This document shows positions 27,045 to 39,197 of a stretch of 64,000 nucleotides of DNA, piece after piece. The notes below the pieces were generated by a model. That model saw only the letters and a list, made by a program, of their open reading frames with translations. It searched no databases and had not been told where the DNA came from. A program made the translations under genes and the position numbers. How positions within the stretch are numbered: position 1 is the stretch's first letter; the number at the start of each line of letters is the position of its first letter. The stretch spans positions 54,374,001 to 54,438,000 of the forward strand of contig NC_043009.1 in the NCBI RefSeq assembly GCF_006345805.1, written 5' to 3'. Origin of the DNA: Octopus sinensis (lineage: Eukaryota).

Positions 27045-27640
27045 ATGCATATTCTTCAGCTGCAAGCCACCATATCATAACGAACTAAAGTAATTGAATA
27101 ATAGAAGAAATGCGAAAACGCTGAGAAGACAGCATATAGATAACGCAGAAAGTAAACAACGAAAAAAGAAGAGAAAAAGGAAAACAGAAAACGAAAACAC
27201 AAAAACTAAAATTTAAAAAATAAAAAGTAGATAGGTAAAAGAGCTATCCTCCTTAGCCCTTAAATGATGAGGCTGGAAAGATATCAAGTCTGTCATGAAT
27301 AGGCGCGATTTTCAAATTCTTCAAAATATATTTATACGTTTGCATGCAACTACTGAAAATGTCAGACCTGGAGTTTAATAGAGAGTTAGGGATCTTAGAT
27401 CTGAACAGTATCTGCGCTCTTTAAGCTGAACAAAGTCTACATTTATTCGATCCATTCACATAAGGTATGGATTCCTTAATTACTTTCCATTTAATCACAT
27501 GCGGTGCTTCGTTATCTTTCGAAGTCCATAAGTAGCTAGCCAACTTAGTAGCTTTACTTTTGTCCCTATGTCGGAAGGAGGCTAAGAGATTGGTATAGCG
27601 ATTTTTTTTAAATCCCCCTTCACATAATCCAATATAGGTC
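27045..27640 (-). mobile_element. 3' end of a Penelope-like element (GIY-YIG C-terminal half + T-rich 3' UTR, ending in (TA)n)
   Basis: Minus strand TYIGLCEGGFKK/RYTNLLASFRHRDKSKATKLASYLW..K......IKWKVIKESIPYVNGSNKCRLC...LLNSRSDIFSSC. Confidence 0.85.
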
Positions 27641-28572
27641 AGCTCGAAAATGGCTTAAACGATTTCGCAGTAGAGACGTAAGCCTTGAAGATCTTGAGTG
27701 TAGTGGACACTCATGTGTCATCGATGACGGTCAGTTAAAGAGCGTCATAGAGAAAGATTCACGTAAAACTACTCGAGAACTGGCAAAAGAACATCGGGTT
27801 GGAACCATTTGTATGTGATCGGAAAATCAAAAGAGCTTGACAAATGGATACCACACGATTTGAATGAAAATCAGAAAATGCGAAGATATGGAATTTGCTC
27901 GTCGCTTCTTCTCTCTTAACCAGATTGATCCGTTTCTTAACTATATTGTAACTTGCGATGAAAGGTGGATTCTGTACAATAATAATAAAAAAACGTTCTT
28001 TGCAGTCGTTGAATCAAGATGAAGTACCGAAAGCCTTCCCTAAACCGAGCTCTTCAAATAGAAGATTATGGTGATTCTGCTGGTATGATGCTGGACATTA
28101 AAACCCGGAAAAGCCATTACTGCAGAAAGATATTACCATGAAATTACCAAAATGAACGAAAAACTGCTACTTCCTCCCAGACTGGTCAACAGATGAGGGC
28201 CAATCATTCTTCATGAAAATACTCGACAACACGTTTCATTCATGACGCTCCAGAAGTTGAGGCAGCGAAATTCTTCCCCACCCAGCTTATTCTCCAGGTC
28301 TTTCTCCAACCGACTATTACTATTCCAAGCACCTTGATGGTTTCCTGTGAGAAAAGTTCAAAAATTAAACTGATGCTGAAAGTGCGTTGAAAGAGTTCAT
28401 CAGTTTCCTGAACTCCAAATTTTTATGTTACCGGAATAAACAAACTTGTAACTCATTGGCAAATATGTGTTAATTGCAATGGTACTTACAATGATGAATA
28501 AAATTTCCGCATTGTTAAAATGTATAGTGATGAATTTCATGTTTCAAACGTTACTTACTTTTTACTCAGCAT
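27640..28572 (+). pseudogene. degenerate mariner transposase, 5'-truncated
   Basis: WLKRFRSRDVSLED, WIPHDLNENQK (WVPHEL motif), IVTCDERWILYNN, LHENTRQH, HPAYSPGLSPTDYY (YSPDL motif); many frameshifts. Confidence 0.9.
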
Positions 28573-29256
28573 ATATACGACGGGCTTCCATACAGGATAC
28601 CACACAATGGTAAGACTGAACTAGAAAGCAAGTCCTTGCAATCCATCGTCTTTACTACACAGTAGTTAAGATGTCAGCATATATTTACTTTGATGTTCGA
28701 TCCATGATATATATTTGTTTATTTTTCCTAACGTTCCCAGAACTTCTCAGTGTTATCTTCTGGAAAAAGTGGATGTTAGCGGCTTTTCGTTTTGTTGTTG
28801 TATTTATGCAGAAGACTACACGAACCGTGTTGATTAACAGGATTTCATTAACAGATCATATTGCATATAAATTTCTGCAAGACATTTAAAAGATTACACA
28901 TCCAAAGTTTATTAATAATATACAAACTCAAAACAATCAGTATGATGCAAAACTTTAGTGGAAGACTTAAGATAATTTTGAATTAATTGCTAAATATTTA
29001 AAAATCTCGCACTATAAACACGTCAGTAAATGTCTCATTCCAGAGGTGGAAAGACACAAGAGGCGCCAGAGAAAATTATTTCATTCAAGTGAGTCATAAA
29101 GTAAATGAATAGATTTAGAAATTTTATTGTCGAAATAAACATAAATAGATAATAAGGACATACGAAAATACCTTATTCATGAACTTCAAAACACAGTTCA
29201 GATTTTGTCTCTGTATGCATGTATATACTTACACACACACACATATATGTATATGC

Positions 29257-29295
<39 letters not shown>

Positions 29296-29299
29296 TATA

Positions 29300-29512
29300 T
29301 ATATATATATATATTTGTATATATATATATATATATATACGTATATATATATATTATATATATATATTTGTATATATATATATATATATTTGTATATGTT
29401 GTATATATGTATATATACATATATATGTTTCTTTCTATGTATGCATTATACATTTATATATACGAATATATGTATATATATATATATAGAGAGAGAGATT
29501 GATTTATATATA

Positions 29513-29554
<42 letters not shown>

Positions 29555-29872
29555 GTATATATATACATAAGTGAGTGTGTGTGTCTATATATTCATGTGT
29601 GTTCGTCTGTATTTGTCACACCCACCATCACTTAACCGATGGCGGGTGTTAAGTTATGGAGACACCAGCATCGGTTGTCAATTGATATTGGGGGATAATC
29701 ATACACACACTCACACACACGCACATATGTATATGTCTACGACAGGCTTCTTTCAGTTTCCATCTACGAAATCCATTCACAATATTTTGGTCGACCCGAA
29801 GCAATAGTAGAACCATTTGTTTGATAAGCAAGATACCACACAGCTACTCCTGTATATACATATATATATATA

Positions 29873-29951
<79 letters not shown>

Positions 29952-31153
29952 AATAAAGTCTCCAGCTCATCAGTGACATCGAACTCAACACAGATTTCGT
30001 CACTAGGGCTCATCACAGATTTCGCATAAGACACATGCCTGTTCGAAGAATTTCACATTTTTCCGCAATATTCTAGCCACAATTAGCTTATTTTCTATAT
30101 CTAGCACTATGTCTTTCTCCATTTCTAAGTTATGGGCAAGAATAAATCATCCCTACAAAACACAATCTGATCTTTGCAAACAGACGCACAGACAACAGCA
30201 ATCAAATACCGACAGCGATGTGCACAACAAACGTCAGAGATCTGACTCTCACCTGTAGTTTTGATAGGAGATGCCAGTTAGTGTTTTGACACCTACCAGG
30301 CCCATTCGTATTAGCCCGAGTTGCCGGGTAAGTTTTCGTTCCTCTAAGTATATTGTAGAACGAAAACCCTAATCTCTACAGAAATTTATTGTTTCAAGAA
30401 AACATTGAATTTGAATGACTTTTAATTTTTATGATTATGCATAACTCAGGTTGTAACTTCTGAACACTTGTCAGGCGCGGGTGAACGATATCGAGAGAAC
30501 CTCTGTTACGAAAGATATTTTTTGACAGAGGGCACCTCTAAGATGACGGACAGATGCTGAACGAAAATAAATGAACTGCGACCGGGCTCAATAAAAGGAG
30601 CCCGGGTTGTTAGCTACAATCATATACTTGAAGTCAATGTCTGGCGATTAGGTACATCTCGGTTCGCTTCGGGTAGGCGATGTCAAAAAACCACAAAAAT
30701 GACGAAATATCCGTATTTTATCCATCACACTTGAATAGGATTGGAGGAATATTGACTTTCTGCCAATGGCTTTCAGGTGTTTTAAGAGCAATTCCATGAG
30801 TGAGTCGTCCTCGAGTTGCTATACCATACCGAACCGGAAAATAAACAAATCACATACACGAACACATACATACAAATATACACGTGTGTGTGTGTGTATT
30901 TAAGCATGTACATATACTAGATAGCTAGCTAGCTAGCTAGATAGATTGATAGATAGATAGATAGATAGATATATAGATATATAGATAGATAGATAGATAG
31001 ATAGATATATAGATAGATAGATAGGTAGGTAGGTAGGTAGGTAGGTAGGTAGGTAGGTAGGTAGATACATACATACATAATATACATATATACATACATA
31101 TATTGATAGACAGGTAAATAAGAATATTAATATGTGATGGCATATATGTATAT

Positions 31154-31200
<47 letters not shown>

Positions 31201-31392
31201 ATATATATATATATATACGTATATATATATATATAATATATATATATATTATATAATATATATATATATTTGTATATGTTGTATATATGTATATATACAT
31301 ATATATGTTTCTTTCTATGTATGCATATATACATTTATATATACGAATATATGTATATATATATATATATAGAGAGAGAGATTGATTTATAT

Positions 31393-31457
<65 letters not shown>

Positions 31458-31767
31458 GTATATATATACATAAGTGAGTGTGTGTGTCTATATATTCATG
31501 TGTGTTCGTCTGTATTTGTCACACCCACCATCACTTAACCGATGGCGGGTGTTAAGTTATGGAGACACCAGCATCGGTTGTCAATTGATATTGGGGGATA
31601 ATCATACACACACTCACACACACGCACATATGTATATGTCTACGACAGGCTTCTTTCAGTTTCCATCTACGAATCCATTCACAATATTTTGGTCGACCCG
31701 AAGCAATAGTAGAACCATTTGTTTGATAAGCAAGATACCACACAGCTACTCCTGTATATACATATAT

Positions 31768-31814
<47 letters not shown>

Positions 31815-32822
31815 TATATATACAAATAAAGTCTCCAGCTCATCAGTGACATCGAACTCAACACAGATTTCGTCACTAGGGCTCATCACAGATTTCGCAT
31901 AAGACACATGCCTGTTCGAAGAATTTCACATTTTTCCGCAATATTTCTAGCCACAATTAGCTTATTTTCTATATCTAGCACTATGTCTTTCTCCATTTCT
32001 AAGTTATGGGCAAGAATAAATCATCCCTACAAAACACAATCTGATCTTTGCAAACAGACGCACAGAACAACAGCAATCAAATACCGACAGCGATGTGCAC
32101 AACAAACGTCAGAGATCTGACTCTCACCTGTAGTTTTGATAGGAGATGCCAGTTAGTGTTTTGACACCTACCAGGCCCATTCGTATTAGCCCGAGTTGCC
32201 GGGTAAGTTTTCGTTCCTCTAAGTATATTGTAGAACGAAAACCCTAATCTCTACAGAAATTTATTGTTTCAAGAAAACATTGAATTTGAATGACTTTTAA
32301 TTTTTATGATTATGCATAACTCAGGTTGTAACTTCTGAACACTTGTCAGGCGCGGGTGAACGATATCGAGAGAACCTCTGTTACGAAAGATATTTTTTGA
32401 CAGAGGGCACCTCTAAGATGACGGACAGATGCTGAACGAAAATAAATGAACTGCGACCGGGCTCAATAAAAGGAGCCCGGGTTGTTAGCTACAATCATAT
32501 ACTTGAAGTCAATGTCTGGCGATTAGGTACATCTCGGTTCGCTTCGGGTAGGCGATGTCAAAAAACCACAAAAATGACGAAATATCCGTATTTTATCCAT
32601 CACACTTGAATAGGATTGGAGGAATATTGACTTTCTGCCAATGGCTTTCAGGTGTTTTAAGAGCAATTCCATGAGTGAGTCGTCCTCGAGTTGCTATACC
32701 ATACCGAACCGGAAAATAAACAAATCACATACACGAACACATACATACAAATATACACGTGTGTGTGTGTGTATTTAAGCATGTACATATACTAGATAGC
32801 TAGCTAGCTAGCTAGATAGATT

Positions 32823-32862
<40 letters not shown>

Positions 32863-32871
32863 TATAGATAT

Positions 32872-32906
<35 letters not shown>

Positions 32907-33055
32907 TATAGATAGATAGATAGGTAGGTAGGTAGGTAGGTAGGTAGGTAGGTAGGTAGATACATACATACATAATATACATATATACATACATATATTG
33001 ATAGACAGGTAAATAAGAATATTAATATGTGATGGCATATATGTATATATATATA
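29300..33055. repeat. near-identical ~1.9-kb tandem duplication
   Basis: 29573-31142 recurs at 31476-33037; differences are mainly 1-bp indels and microsatellite length. Confidence 0.95.
29605..29853 (-). mobile_element. degenerate SINE family A (second copy ~31515-31755)
   Basis: caccagcatcggttgtcaa...acgacaggcttctttcagtttccatctac...taccacacagctactcctg. Confidence 0.75.
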
Positions 33056-33182
33056 TATAATAAATTAAAAAAGGAAAATACGCACACTTACATGGTTATA
33101 ATATAACTTTTAATGTATCGACCGGTTTCGTAATCACTATTCATGATATAATGTTTTATATATATATATATATGTATGCATG

Positions 33183-33250
<68 letters not shown>

Positions 33251-34188
33251 TATATTATATGTATGCATGTATTATAGATATATATATACATTATATGTGT
33301 GCACGCGTGTATGTGTGAATGTGGATGTGTTGTGTGAATGACAGACCGAGAGAGGGGGGATAGAGAAGGTGAGAGAGAGGTAGCCGCAATAAAGTTTTCT
33401 ATGTTGCTGCTCCAACCTAATAGAAGTAGCAGCCAGATTTCTTTCATAATACATTCTACTCTCTTGCACAAATATGCGGAAGCGAAATAGCTGGAATAGC
33501 TTTGACCCTATAAACAGGGTCATAATGGTGAGAGGGGGGGGGGTTAAACAGCTTCACTGAAAAAAAAGTTTAGCTCGTGCCAATGTAATTGTGAGAATTT
33601 TATTCATGTGTTTCATTTAGAATTCCGACTATAGGATGTGTCAAAGACAAAATATTCCGATTTTTCACGGAGTTTATTAAAACACTGCAGCTAGGTTGGT
33701 GACAGAGCTATTGTTTACCCTACGTTTGAATTTCATTAAGAGAAGGCGGAGATAGAAAGGAAGACGAGGGAGGAGAAGTGGGGTAGGAGAGGAGGAGAAA
33801 AGTGAGAAGCCTGATGGCTTCTACAAATTCAGAGTCTCGAATCTGGACATTGACGCCGTTAAATATTTTTGGATAAACTCGTTGGCGCGGTTCTTCATGA
33901 ATAAATTTCATATACACGCTTAACGTTCATGTACATACATACATGCACATACACATATACACGCACAAATGTGCACTCACGCACACACTCATAAAAATAT
34001 TTACACACACGCACACACACACACATATATATACATGCATCTCTCTCTCAGCATATATATATATATATATATATAATATATATAATATATATATATATAA
34101 TATATGTATAATATATAAATATATAAATATATATATATTATATATATATACATATATGTATTTATATATATATATATATGCGCATATA

Positions 34189-35060
34189 CGCGGTTTGATC
34201 AATCACTATCCGGACAGTGGCCATAGTAACGAAGCCAAAGCACGCAGAGTGAAGCCGTCAAGCACAGATTGACCTTGCACTCTGCTGTGCAGGCGCACAA
34301 ATTTTTATCATTATAGAACACTTCCGCTGTCTATAGCAATCCTTGGAAAGATGGTGAGTAGCGTATGATCGTCGACATTGAAAATTGAGCAGAGAATCTG
34401 CATCAAATTTTGCTAAAAGCTGGGCGATACCTACTCAGAGGTCAACGCAATGTTTTCAAAAAGCCTTCATCGTTCTCGATATAATCAAGGAGATGTCGTA
34501 CAACTGAAACCCGAATGTCTCTTTGATCAGCTGAAAGCATTTTCGGCACAAACTTGGCATACACGCATCTCATACCAAAATCTTCAGTGATAATGGATTG
34601 AAATGAACCGTAACTAATCTGCCCATCCTCTGATAACTCACGGTTAATGATTCGAAGAATTCCCGTCACAGATGCACACACATATACGATATTTTTTCTC
34701 TGTTCTGCTGGTTGCGGATCTCCCAGAATGTTCCTCAGCTTCAGCCAATTTGGAAACTCTGAACCACTCATACACTTGAGTGTGGTTCATACATTCCTCT
34801 CCACACACTTTCTACAACTTTGCCTGGGCCTCTGAGCAGGTATCGCCATGACAACTTTCTCTGTCATGGTCAATGTGACGATCACACGCTACACACCTTT
34901 CTTCTAGGCATTTCTGTAAACAGTAGAAGTGAGCTGGACCGTTAAAACTTACTGTGCATGGACAGCAGTGTTCATGGTCTATCTTTGCCAAGCGGCTTAA
35001 TCTGCGTGGTTTAGCTTTGTTACTATGGCAACATGCTGGATACTTATTGATCGAACCTAG
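34189..35060. mobile_element. mariner-derived fold-back element made of two inverted 5' halves
   Basis: TA-flanked; 34189-34450 is homologous to the reverse complement of 34810-35060. Plus strand EQRICIKFC*KLGD; minus strand HTH ...FGMRCVYAKFVPKMLSADQR. Confidence 0.82.
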
Positions 35061-35180
35061 TATAAAGTGATATACAGATATAAATATGGCACGTGTATAT
35101 ACACGCATATATATTTATTTCATGTTACACACACACACACACACAAATATATATGTATATATTTTATTATTTTTTTTTTA

Positions 35181-35560
35181 TTTACTAGTTTCAGCTCACG
35201 AGCTGTGGCCATGCTGGGGCACCGCCATTTGGTGTTGCTACATGATTTTACTTCACAAATGCTTTTTAGCAATTGCCATTTGGTGCATGAGAGAGTTCGA
35301 TGCAGCTGCCCTCATCTGCACCTCCTGCCGTGAAGTTGGTTCGTCTGGGACACCTGACAAGAAAAGATCCAGTTTTATTTTAAAGACATCTGCATCCACC
35401 CCATGCAGGTCTCTCAGGTTCTTCGGGAGGATATTGAAGAGCTGTGGGCCTCTGGAGCCCAGGCTATCACAGTATCTTGTCCTACATCTTGATGGCAAAT
35501 TTGGAGACCTTGGCACTATGCAGTGGAGCCCAGTTCTGGCATTTGAGTAACTCTCGATGC
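35181..35560 (-). mobile_element. CR1/L2-group LINE 3' fragment
   Basis: SLGSRGPQLFNILPKNLRDL...FKIKLDLFLSGVPDEP...AAASNSL, stop at 35253, then a 3' UTR with stem-loop cagctc-gt-gagctg. Confidence 0.88.
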
Positions 35561-35637
35561 CATATGTGTGTGTACGTACATATATATTATTTTCATATTG
35601 AACACCCTTTCAAATGACTAAGGAAAATAGTCTAATA

Positions 35638-35717
35638 ATGGGGCATATAAGCCCACGACAGAAAAAAGTTGGCCTTCCGGAAAGCCAACTTTTTCTTCGT
35701 TGGCTTATATGCCCCAT
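35638..35717. repeat. 80-nt near-perfect palindrome/hairpin
   Basis: atggggcatataagcc...gttggccttcc|ggaaagccaac...ggcttatatgccccat. Confidence 0.9.
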
Positions 35718-35907
35718 GTGTGCATGTTATATAACATGCATACATACATACATACATATATATATGTGTAAGCAATTTAAGTATTGATATGTTCCAAGTA
35801 GTATGCCGATGAAGCAAGTTCACTTCCTATGGCTACCAGACGTCATTCATGGTATTTACACAATCGTTGTTGGATCTACCTCAGAAATTCCTCACTGTAC
35901 GTTGTGT

Positions 35908-36488
35908 ATATAACAAATGGTAGACGGAAAATGGAATATACGAGAAACGTTATTGCTCACAACGATCGTTTCGACCCATCCTGCTTCGATCTCTCGCTAG
36001 TGGGAAAACAGGTATAACTGGTTGTGGTCCATCACTCGATGCAGAGATGTCTCGTCAAGTGATGTTTTAAGGGGTATCTCGTTAAATAAACCCGGTTTCT
36101 CTCCGTTTTAATACGGCGTATTGTTTGCGACCGTAGGTTTAAGAAGAATAAGAACAATAAAGAAAAACTTTATATGTGTCAGTACACATTTAGATTTACT
36201 TGTGTACAGACACTTGTTGTTCTACCTAGACACGAACTCTCTCATATGCGCACTTAAGTAGATGTCATTAACCTCCTTGATAAGCATCCAGTCATTCTTG
36301 TTTCAAGCTGTGAGTCCAAGTAGAGCCGGTTCAGCCTGACTGGGTCAGCCGCTTTCGTTGGTCTTATATCTTTTAGTGGTGCACCACAACCAGCTGTAAC
36401 AGGATCCCGCCCGCGAGGGATCGATGCCGAATGGGTCGAAACGATCGTTGTGAACAATAAAGTTTGCATTTTCCGTCACCATCATTTG

Positions 36489-36493
<5 letters not shown>
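35908..36493. mobile_element. PLE-type inverted-repeat element abutting (TA)n
   Basis: Diverged arms 35908-36027 and 36384-36493, both containing GAAACGATCGTT. Confidence 0.72.
35957..36062 (-). ncRNA. type I hammerhead ribozyme motif (C3U)
   Basis: Minus strand TCAC-TTGACGA-GAC...GTC-GAAAC-GATC-GTT-GTGA: helix I TCAC/GTGA, helix II GAC/GTC, palindromic helix III loop. Confidence 0.75.
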
Positions 36494-36562
<69 letters not shown>

Positions 36563-37464
36563 CGTCTACTATCTGTCTGTCTAGCAATCTATCTATCACA
36601 CACAAGCACGCACACACACGCACATACACACAAATACACCCACACAAGTATATATATAGGCGTGTGTGTGTGTGTATGTATGTATGCATGTATGTATGTA
36701 TGTATGTATGTATGTATGTATGTATGTATGTATGTATGTATGTATGTATGTATGCATGTATGTATGTATGTATCTGTATGAACTACAGCTCATTCAGCAA
36801 CCGTAGTTCATTGACCTATCAAGTAAATTTGAACTTCTGTTTAAAACGAATTCTATAATTTCAATTCCATTCTCACTAATGAATATACGCCTCAATAAAT
36901 ACTGTCTTGTTATGCTTAAACTACCTTATATACAAATGTGTGTGAGTATATATGTGCACTGATACGTTTGCATCTAATTGTGTGTGTGTATATGTTTGTG
37001 TGTGACTGCGTAACTGTGTATCCGTACACGTTTCTGTATGAATACTCGTGTGTGTTCACATATTTCCATGACACGCCACACCCCTTAACCGTTTCGAAAC
37101 CTCGTTTGACAACTTGGAATGACAAATAACGTATTTATATATTCGGAAGCACGTACTATGGCCTGAGAGACTCTATTAGGATTTGTAGCATCTGAAGAAA
37201 CTTTGATTCTTAATATCCTTACGCTTGATATATAAGGTCTAAAGTTTTGTGATGTCAAATACAGGTTCACTGCCCTTAGAGTGTTAAAATTTTAGATCTG
37301 GTTATGTGCAACTATAACTATTTAATAGAAATTTGATGTTTCTGGTAAATATTTTAATATTTTATAGCAGATCCACTTAACCTTCTAGAAAAATCAGTAA
37401 AATATATTTTGCCTTACACAAGAAGTGCAAAGTAGACTATGTAGTTTGGGATGTGACTGGGCAA

Positions 37465-37748
37465 TCTATCGGTTACGACGATGAATGATCCACTCGATAC
37501 AATCAACGAAATAACCGTGCAAGTGGCTGAACACTCCAAAGGTACACTTACTCTTAACGAAGGTCGCAGGAGAATAAGCGCGATACAGAATATGACAAGG
37601 CTCGCCCTTTGAAATATATGTAAAACGCAATTTTGCCAGATGAGTTGACTGGAGCAACGTCATGTAAATTTTTCGGTCAAGAACACAGCGCGCATTAGAA
37701 ATCGAAGTAACCACCTTAAGTTTGTGAACAAAATGCACTGAACTTCAC
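37465..37748 (-). mobile_element. SINE family C, diverged
   Basis: Homologous to 3201-3526. Confidence 0.8.
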
Positions 37749-37849
37749 AAGACGTGTAATGTTTTTAATCATAAGATTACTCAATTAGATCCAACTTGGT
37801 GCTAAACAATAATACTTTCAAATTTTGACACAAGACAAGCAATATTCGG

Positions 37850-38210
37850 TTATGACGAAAAACGATAACTTCGACCCAGGTACTATTCAGCTACTTATTT
37901 TATCAACACAGAATTAATGTCATTCTCGGGGAAACTGAATCCAGAACGGAAAGAGTCTGAAGAAATGCCGCTCTGTATTCTGTCTAACGCAGTAACAATT
38001 CTTTAAACGTTTTGGTAAAGAACCAGCCATTTGATGGGAGGGGTGAGTCGATTTTATCGACCCCAGTGCTCAACCGGTACGTAATTTATCAACATCGAAA
38101 GAATAAAAGACAATTTTTATCACGGTGCAATTTGAGCTCAGTACACAAAGGTCCGGAAGAAATTCCTCTGAGCATTTTCTGCGACGCGCTAACGACTCTT
38201 CTCCTCGCTA
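37850..38210 (-). mobile_element. two degenerate SINE family D copies
   Basis: tcgacccag...tacttattttatcaac...cagaacg (37850-38000) and gagtcgattttatcgaccccagtg... (38030-38210). Confidence 0.6.
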
Positions 38211-38514
38211 CCATTGAGGCTGAGCACTTTTACCGGCCTGGGTGGCCATATTAGTATCCCACCAGATTGTTACAAACTTTGTTTTCATTTTTGTTGTTCT
38301 TGCTCTTCTTGTGTTTGTTTTTCTCGTATGTGTATGTGTCTTTCCTAATACACTCGTGATTATGTGTTAAGAAGTTCGTTTTGCAATAACGTGTTTTCAG
38401 TTTCAGCATTGCTGCGTGGTACATTGGGAAAACATCTTCAGCCATAGCCCCGAGCCGAGGCTCGCCAGTACCTTGCAAGTGAATTTCGTAGAAAGAAACA
38501 GTGTATCTCAATAG

Positions 38515-38592
<78 letters not shown>

Positions 38593-38807
38593 GTATACAT
38601 ATATATACACACACACATATATATATATCAATGTGTCGGGGACACCGCCAGATTGAATGGTACTGCCCAGGTATCGAAACTATAATGATATCCATGGGAC
38701 AGCTGATGATGGGGGTATGTTGGATTATTGGTATGGCTGTGGAATAATATTATAACACATCCTTTTCACACACACACACACACACACTCATACATACATA
38801 TATTATA

Positions 38808-38872
<65 letters not shown>

Positions 38873-38919
38873 CCATGCATGTATGTATGTATGCATATAT
38901 ATATATATATATATATATA

Positions 38920-39076
38920 CTTTATTTTAAGCAGCAGAAAATTCAACAAAATCTGTTACTCTGAGTTTCTCGTTGCCGTTCATCAGACAGTTCATCTAAC
39001 AAAAACTGTCTGATGAACGGCAACGAGAAACTCAGAGTAACAGATTTTGTTGAATTTTCTGCTGCTTAAAATAAAG
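38920..39076. repeat. perfect 73-bp inverted repeat, 11-nt spacer
   Basis: 38920-38992 is the exact reverse complement of 39004-39076. Confidence 0.97.
39006..39043 (+). ncRNA. minimal type I hammerhead ribozyme motif (mirror copy on minus strand 38953-38990)
   Basis: CTGT-CTGATGA-aCG(GCAA)CGa-GAAAC-TCAGA-GTA-ACAG: intact core, helix I CTGT/ACAG, GNRA-capped helix II, GUA triplet at 39037-39039. Confidence 0.82.
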
Positions 39077-39149
39077 CATATTACTCTATCACTGGTATTT
39101 GAGTACTCTTTTTTCCACCTTGTTTCACATTTATGTGTTTACTCCGGTC

Positions 39150-39197
<48 letters not shown>

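Noticed and set aside
30581-30608. GC hairpin ccgggctc/gagcccgg with AATAAA in the loop
   Set aside because: Short, with no associated gene or U-tract; no function can be assigned.
33117-33148. Minus-strand GAAAC-CG-GTC in a (TA)n-flanked ~95-bp insert
   Set aside because: Only the 3' half of a hammerhead; counted as a remnant, not called as a ribozyme.
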